NCBI GenBank assembly: GCA_041548245.1
Contig: JBFESZ010000062.1
Location: 1 to 12,322, forward strand
DNA: 12,322 bases
Origin: Sulfurimonadaceae bacterium
GTDB taxonomy: Bacteria > Campylobacterota > Campylobacteria > Campylobacterales > Sulfurimonadaceae
Direction: 5' to 3'
Part shown: positions 7,799-12,322 of the stretch, piece after piece
How positions within the stretch are numbered: position 1 is the stretch's first letter
Layout of the letters: the number at the start of each line of letters is the position of its first letter
Notes under the pieces: generated by a model
Database searches by the model: none
What the model saw: the letters and a program-made list of their open reading frames with translations, nothing else
Told to the model about the DNA's origin: nothing
Made by a program: the position numbers and the translations under genes

Positions 7799-9364
7799 TT
7801 GTTCAATCTAAAAAACTATGCTTCTGACAATATCAAAAATGACATTTTGTCAGGGCTCGTCGTAGCAGTTGCACTTGTGCCGGAGGCTATCGCCTTTTCT
7901 TTTATTGCCGGAGTCAGTCCAATTGTTGGACTTTATACCGCTTTTATCCTTGGCCTTATCACTTCACTCATTGGTGGAAAACCGGGAATGATATCCGGGG
8001 CAACCGGTTCTGTCGCGATTGTCTTTGTCGGTCTGGCTATAAAGGCTAATGAAGACTTGACCAATGCCGGTATTAACGGCCCAGCTCTGGCAGAAGGGAT
8101 CTTGCAGTATATACTCTATGCTTCTATTATCGCAGGTATCATCCAAATCTCAGTTGGTCTATTGAAACTTGGTAAGTTTATCCGTCTAGTGCCTCAACCT
8201 GCCATGTATGGCTTTGTCAATGGTCTTGCTATTGTGATCGCCATGGCACAGTTCAAGTTCTTTGAAGGTTCAAACATCAATATGTATGTAATTGTTCTAT
8301 CAACGATGCTAATCATGTATACTCTGCCAAAGATTACAAAAATCATCCCAGGTGGATTGTTAGCGATTGTTGCCTTGACTCTTATTGTCTATTTCTTCAA
8401 AATAGACACATTGACGATTGGAACACTCAATTCCATTCCACAGTTTTCAGATATGCCAAATCTTAGTGAGTTTAAAGGACAGTTGCCTACTTTCGCTATA
8501 CCAGAGGTACTTTTTTCATGGGATGCATTTCTTCTCGTCTTGCCATACGCTGTCCTCGTAGCCCTCGTCGGCCTTATTGAATCCCTTCTTACTCTTTCGG
8601 TCCTGGATGAGATGAGCGAAACCCGAGGAAGCGGTAATAAAGAGTGTATTGCACAGGGTGTCGGAAACACGACATGCGGTCTCTTTGGCGGTATGGCCGG
8701 CTGTGTTATGATAGGCCAGTCTATCATCAACTATACCTCAGGAGGACTCGGCCGTCTCTCATCTTTTACCGCGGCAACCGTACTCATTCTCCTGGTCGCA
8801 GCCTTGACTGATATTATCAACATGATACCAATCGCTGTACTTGTAGGAATCATGTTTATGGTCAGTATCGGTACCTTCGAATGGGGTAGTATCAGTCGCA
8901 TCAGACACATGCCCCGTTCAGATGCTGTCGTATTAATACTAGTTACTGTTGTGACTATAATGTTTGACCTTGCTATCGCTGTCATCTCAGGGGTAATCAT
9001 CTCTGCTCTTGTCTTTGCCTGGAAACATGCGCGTATCTATGCCAGAGAGAGCATGGAAGCTGACGGGACAAAGGTTTATGAGCTTGATGGACCACTCTTC
9101 TTTGGTTCGACTAAAAGCTTTATCGATATCTTTGATTTAAAAAGTGACTCCCCAAAGGTTGTGATTGATTTCAAGAATGCCCGTGTTATGGATATTTCAG
9201 GAGTAGAAGCCATCGACACCCTTATTAAAAAATATGAAGAGAGCGGTAGAAACATCTTGCTTCGACATCTCAGTAAAGACTGCAAAGCGATCTTGAAAAA
9301 TGCAGGTCCTTACTGCTCTTATGAAGAAGACGATCCGACCTATAAAGTTGCTTTCAACTATTAA
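7799..9364 (+). CDS. sulP: SulP/SLC26-family anion transporter with C-terminal STAS domain
   Basis: N-terminal NDILSGLVVAVALVPEAIAF...GLY...GGKPGMISGATG, multiple hydrophobic TM segments, ESLLT, NKECIAQGVGN and GCVMIGQS. STAS domain motifs DGPLFFG, VVIDF and DISGVEAI. TTG start with AAGGA SD. Confidence 0.93.
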   Translation: MFNLKNYASDNIKNDILSGLVVAVALVPEAIAFSFIAGVSPIVGLYTAFILGLITSLIGGKPGMISGATGSVAIVFVGLAIKANEDLTNAGINGPALAEGILQYILYASIIAGIIQISVGLLKLGKFIRLVPQPAMYGFVNGLAIVIAMAQFKFFEGSNINMYVIVLSTMLIMYTLPKITKIIPGGLLAIVALTLIVYFFKIDTLTIGTLNSIPQFSDMPNLSEFKGQLPTFAIPEVLFSWDAFLLVLPYAVLVALVGLIESLLTLSVLDEMSETRGSGNKECIAQGVGNTTCGLFGGMAGCVMIGQSIINYTSGGLGRLSSFTAATVLILLVAALTDIINMIPIAVLVGIMFMVSIGTFEWGSISRIRHMPRSDAVVLILVTVVTIMFDLAIAVISGVIISALVFAWKHARIYARESMEADGTKVYELDGPLFFGSTKSFIDIFDLKSDSPKVVIDFKNARVMDISGVEAIDTLIKKYEESGRNILLRHLSKDCKAILKNAGPYCSYEEDDPTYKVAFNY

Positions 9365-9365
9365 A

Positions 9366-9394
9366 TCTTAGAAAGAGTTTTCTCTTTCTATAGA
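9366..9394 (+). terminator. Hairpin after the SulP gene, probable intrinsic terminator
   Basis: Perfect 9-bp stem TAGAAAGAG-TTTT-CTCTTTCTA (9369-9390), extendable by TCT/AGA with a 1-nt bulge, immediately after the stop codon. The downstream U-tract is only moderate. Confidence 0.55.
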
Positions 9395-9484
9395 CTTCTG
9401 CTTTCAAATCAAGCTTTTATTTTTCATTCCTTTCTAAGATTAATTACGTTATTTTTTGTCTAACTTATCACAAAGTAGAGATAA

Positions 9485-11464
9485 ATGCTCGAATTTCTAA
9501 TCCTCTATATCCATGCTGATATTACCAAAAGCGAGTCATTGGTCTCTGAATTGAAACTACCATCAGATATTCATTTTATTTTCTGCGACAGTGGCATAGA
9601 GTCTTTAAGCATCGCAACAGACCATAGTATCAAACTGATCATATTAAATGAAATTCTCTCACATAAACTGAGTGGATCAGAAGTCTGTAAACTCCTAACA
9701 ACTACGCCGACGACCGCTTCCATTCCTATCATATTTTTAAGCGATTCTCCTCCTGAAGTATCTCCTGGAGCTGAAACCATACATCTAAGATCATCTCCGA
9801 GTGTCTTGGAGCTTCAGAATGCCATCTTAGATCTCTATCAAACATCTCAACAAGACCAAAACCTGCAACGGGAAAAGAACCTTGTCCTCTCCATCGTCAA
9901 TAAGATATATTCTCCTATTTTTATCATTACGCACAATAAAATAAGTTTTGCAAACCAATATTTTTTAGACTTTTTCAAACTTTCATCATTGGATGACTTT
10001 GAATTGCATTATGCCCATATGCAAGACATCTTCGTCCATGAAAAAGGGGAAAACTTTTCTATTTTTAAATGGATTAAAGAGCTATTGGGTGCGCATGAAG
10101 AGCAGAAGATTATCCTTCAAAACAGAAACAAAGAGCAGATGCATGTCAAAATAAGAGGAGAATTATTGGAGCATTCTAATGAATATCTCATCATTACACA
10201 AGACATTACATCAGAAGACACCCATGAAGAAGAGCTTAAAAACCTTTACATTACTGACCACCTTACAAAACTTCCCAATCGATTAAAACTCATTCAAGAC
10301 TTGCAAGAGTATGATGAACTGGCCCTGGCCATTTTAGATGTTGATTCCTTTAAGATGATCAATGACTTTTATGGGCATATTGTAGGTGACTTTATTATCA
10401 GCAGTGTTGCCGAACGTATCAGACAATATTTATCACATGAAAGTCTCTGTTTATATCGGCTTCCTTCAGACAGTTTTGCTGTCATCAACAAAAAACACAT
10501 AGAAAAAGAGTATTTTGAGCTGATTATTATCTCCTTGATTCAAATCGTTTCAAAATCACCGTTTGTCTTTAATCAGGGGGATAAAACAGACATCGAGATC
10601 TATGTTAATATCACTGCGGGAATCGTCTTTGGAAAAGAATCCGCATTAGCTCACGCAGACCTTGCCTTGCGAGAGGCCAAATGCACACATAAGGACTACA
10701 TCATCTATCATCATGATATGCGACAAGAGATCACCTACAGCAGAAACATGGAATGGATTAGAAAGCTCAAAACAGCCATTGTGAATGATAAAATCATCCC
10801 CCATTTTCAGCCGATTATCGACAACACTACGAAAAAAGTTGTCAAATACGAGTGTCTGGTGCGTCTGATAGATGAAGAGAACAATATTGTACCTCCCTTT
10901 CATTTTTTAGAAATCGCCAAGCAATCAAAACAGTACGAATCCATATCCAAGGTTATGATTAAAAAGTCTTTTCAGACATTCTCCAATACAAATTATGAGT
11001 TCTCCATTAACCTCTCCATTGAGGATATCCTCGAAAACAACCTTATTGAATATATTAAAAGCATGCTCGCTATCTATCCTCTGGCAGAACGTGTCTGCTT
11101 TGAGATACTGGAAACAGAAGAGATTGAGAACTACCAGATTATCTCTGATTTTGTCGCAGATGTGAGAAAACTGGGATGCAAGGTCAGTATTGATGACTTT
11201 GGCTCAGGATATTCAAATTTTTCTCATCTTCTGAATATCGATTTTGATTACCTAAAGATCGATGCTTCCCTGATAAAAGACATCCATAAAGATCATCACA
11301 AGCAGATCATCGTTAAGACTATCGTTACCTTCGCAAAAGAGTTAGGCATCAAGACTATCGGCGAATATGTAGAGTCTCAAGAGGTTTATGACTACATTAG
11401 CAAGATAGGCATCGATTATTCACAGGGGTATTATTTCTCACCGCCAAAAGATATGATCTCATAA
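9485..11464 (+). CDS. Pseudo-receiver/PAS-like/degenerate GGDEF/EAL protein; probable c-di-GMP phosphodiesterase
   Basis: GGDEF fold (DHLTKLPNR, LDVDSFKMINDFYGHIVGD) but active site reads RLPSDSF. EAL domain has FQPI, ECLVRL, SINLS, EILE, DDFGSGYSNF, YLKIDASLI, IGEYVE and QGYYFSPP. N-terminal receiver-like pattern (ILYI..., LIILN, SGSEVCKLL, IPIIFLS) and PAS-like IFII...FANQYFLDFF. No obvious TM segment. Confidence 0.9.
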   Translation: MLEFLILYIHADITKSESLVSELKLPSDIHFIFCDSGIESLSIATDHSIKLIILNEILSHKLSGSEVCKLLTTTPTTASIPIIFLSDSPPEVSPGAETIHLRSSPSVLELQNAILDLYQTSQQDQNLQREKNLVLSIVNKIYSPIFIITHNKISFANQYFLDFFKLSSLDDFELHYAHMQDIFVHEKGENFSIFKWIKELLGAHEEQKIILQNRNKEQMHVKIRGELLEHSNEYLIITQDITSEDTHEEELKNLYITDHLTKLPNRLKLIQDLQEYDELALAILDVDSFKMINDFYGHIVGDFIISSVAERIRQYLSHESLCLYRLPSDSFAVINKKHIEKEYFELIIISLIQIVSKSPFVFNQGDKTDIEIYVNITAGIVFGKESALAHADLALREAKCTHKDYIIYHHDMRQEITYSRNMEWIRKLKTAIVNDKIIPHFQPIIDNTTKKVVKYECLVRLIDEENNIVPPFHFLEIAKQSKQYESISKVMIKKSFQTFSNTNYEFSINLSIEDILENNLIEYIKSMLAIYPLAERVCFEILETEEIENYQIISDFVADVRKLGCKVSIDDFGSGYSNFSHLLNIDFDYLKIDASLIKDIHKDHHKQIIVKTIVTFAKELGIKTIGEYVESQEVYDYISKIGIDYSQGYYFSPPKDMIS

Positions 11465-12321
11465 GAGCGCTTTCCCCTATATTGAGGCATGCTCATTCCC
11501 ACTCTTGCATTAACATAGGTCGGATCAGCTACTACATAAGATTTCCTCTCATACAGCACATACTCGCCGACAACTTTTTCTTTAAGATGTACTGCAGTTG
11601 CCATATGATTGGGATACTTTAATCCAAGCACATCGGTATCCAGAAGTAGTTTCACAATATATGAGAATAAAATGGCACGATCTTCACAGTCAGAGTAGGC
11701 ATAAAATATCGTCTCGCTTGGAAACATCACCTTTTCTTGAGAAAACTGTTCTGTATCCACCCGATACTTAAAAGCATTCTGTACAAAAGCCAGAATGATA
11801 TCGATGGCCTCGCTCTGACTTTTTCCCACAATCAAAGGTTCAAATGCTTGCTTGATGCTCTTATCAAACAGAGTAGACTCCGGTGCAGAAAAATAGTTGC
11901 TGTAATTGACTTGAGGATAAGTTTGATAGAAATCAAAAAGATTTTTATCGTACTCAACAATAAAAGATTGATATCTATTGTTAAGATTAAAACCCAAAGG
12001 CTTCTTCACTGCGCTTTGGGATAAAAGAGGCAACCTCTTTAATGAAAAGTCAATGGCTTTATTGTATCCTTCATAAACATGATCATAGGTGACAATCGAA
12101 CCTATCTTTCCCTTGGCATAATAATCAATCGCAAAATATTGCTTGTTGTTCAACCTATAATATACTGTATTGTACAGGGTACCTTCTACCGGAATAAGAA
12201 GGACTACCCTGTTCTTTTGAAAAGCTATATGTGCATCATAATCAAGCTTTAACAAGGCAAACCAGGTAAATATCTTCGCTTCATTCTCATTCTCATAAAT
12301 AGCTGCTGCCACCTGCTTGAG
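11431..12321 (-). CDS. Uncharacterised protein with transglutaminase-like/cysteine-protease Cys-His-Asp triad; 5'-partial
   Basis: FVQ.AFKY..D...F, FPSETIFYAYSDCEDRAILF (Cys), YPNHMATAV (His), YVVADPTY (Asp). The frame is open to the right edge of the window. Its 3' end overlaps the EAL gene by 34 bp. Confidence 0.8.
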   Translation of the reverse strand, partial: LKQVAAAIYENENEAKIFTWFALLKLDYDAHIAFQKNRVVLLIPVEGTLYNTVYYRLNNKQYFAIDYYAKGKIGSIVTYDHVYEGYNKAIDFSLKRLPLLSQSAVKKPLGFNLNNRYQSFIVEYDKNLFDFYQTYPQVNYSNYFSAPESTLFDKSIKQAFEPLIVGKSQSEAIDIILAFVQNAFKYRVDTEQFSQEKVMFPSETIFYAYSDCEDRAILFSYIVKLLLDTDVLGLKYPNHMATAVHLKEKVVGEYVLYERKSYVVADPTYVNARVGMSMPQYRGKRSYEIISFGGEK

Positions 12322-12322
12322 A

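Noticed and set aside
9395..9484. Promoter, riboswitch or sRNA upstream of the EAL gene
   Set aside because: AT-rich with only weak -10 candidates (TAAGAT, TAACTT). No convincing structure, c-di-GMP riboswitch motif or sigma54/sigma28 match.
753..12024. Other short ORFs in the track (e.g. 958-1404, 4676-4996, 5583-5996, 6046-6477, 8389-9000, 11737-12024)
   Set aside because: All lie within or antisense to well-supported genes and show no family motifs.
9485..12321. LapD/LapG adhesin-release module
   Set aside because: LapD is a membrane protein with periplasmic and HAMP domains and a degenerate EAL. This protein has no evident TM segment and an intact EAL. The two genes are convergent, and no adhesin or T1SS gene is in view.
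1..12322. Enrichment of RAATTY (Campylobacter CtsM-type DNA-uptake methylation motif), prompted by the cts-like genes
   Set aside because: I saw only about a dozen sites by eye, no more than expected by chance at this AT content. A genome-wide count would be needed.
1..12322. Mobile elements, CRISPR arrays, tRNA/rRNA, defence island
   Set aside because: No transposase or integrase, spaced direct repeats or structural RNA signatures. Intergenic gaps are all under about 145 bp. The helicase has no partner nuclease or ATPase gene suggesting a Gabija-like system.

Overview
A gene-dense, AT-rich (roughly 38-40% GC by eye) chromosomal segment. Gene content and promoter style suggest a flagellated Campylobacterota (epsilonproteobacterial) genome; this taxonomy is an inference. 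From left to right: a 5'-truncated GspE/PilB/CtsE-type assembly ATPase coupled to a GspF/PilC/CtsF platform gene; a convergent UvrD/Rep-family SF1 helicase downstream of fliW; divergent valS; a SulP/SLC26-STAS transporter; a pseudo-receiver/PAS-like/degenerate-GGDEF/EAL protein (probable c-di-GMP phosphodiesterase); and a 5'-truncated convergent gene with a transglutaminase-like Cys-His-Asp triad. I found no mobile element, CRISPR array or RNA gene. The window is mostly core genome and I cannot support a wholly new system. The best leads are a well-spaced sigma54 (-24/-12) promoter before fliW, a perfect 16-bp palindrome in the valS leader, the doubly degenerate signalling protein, and the uncharacterised cysteine-triad protein that overlaps it tail-to-tail.
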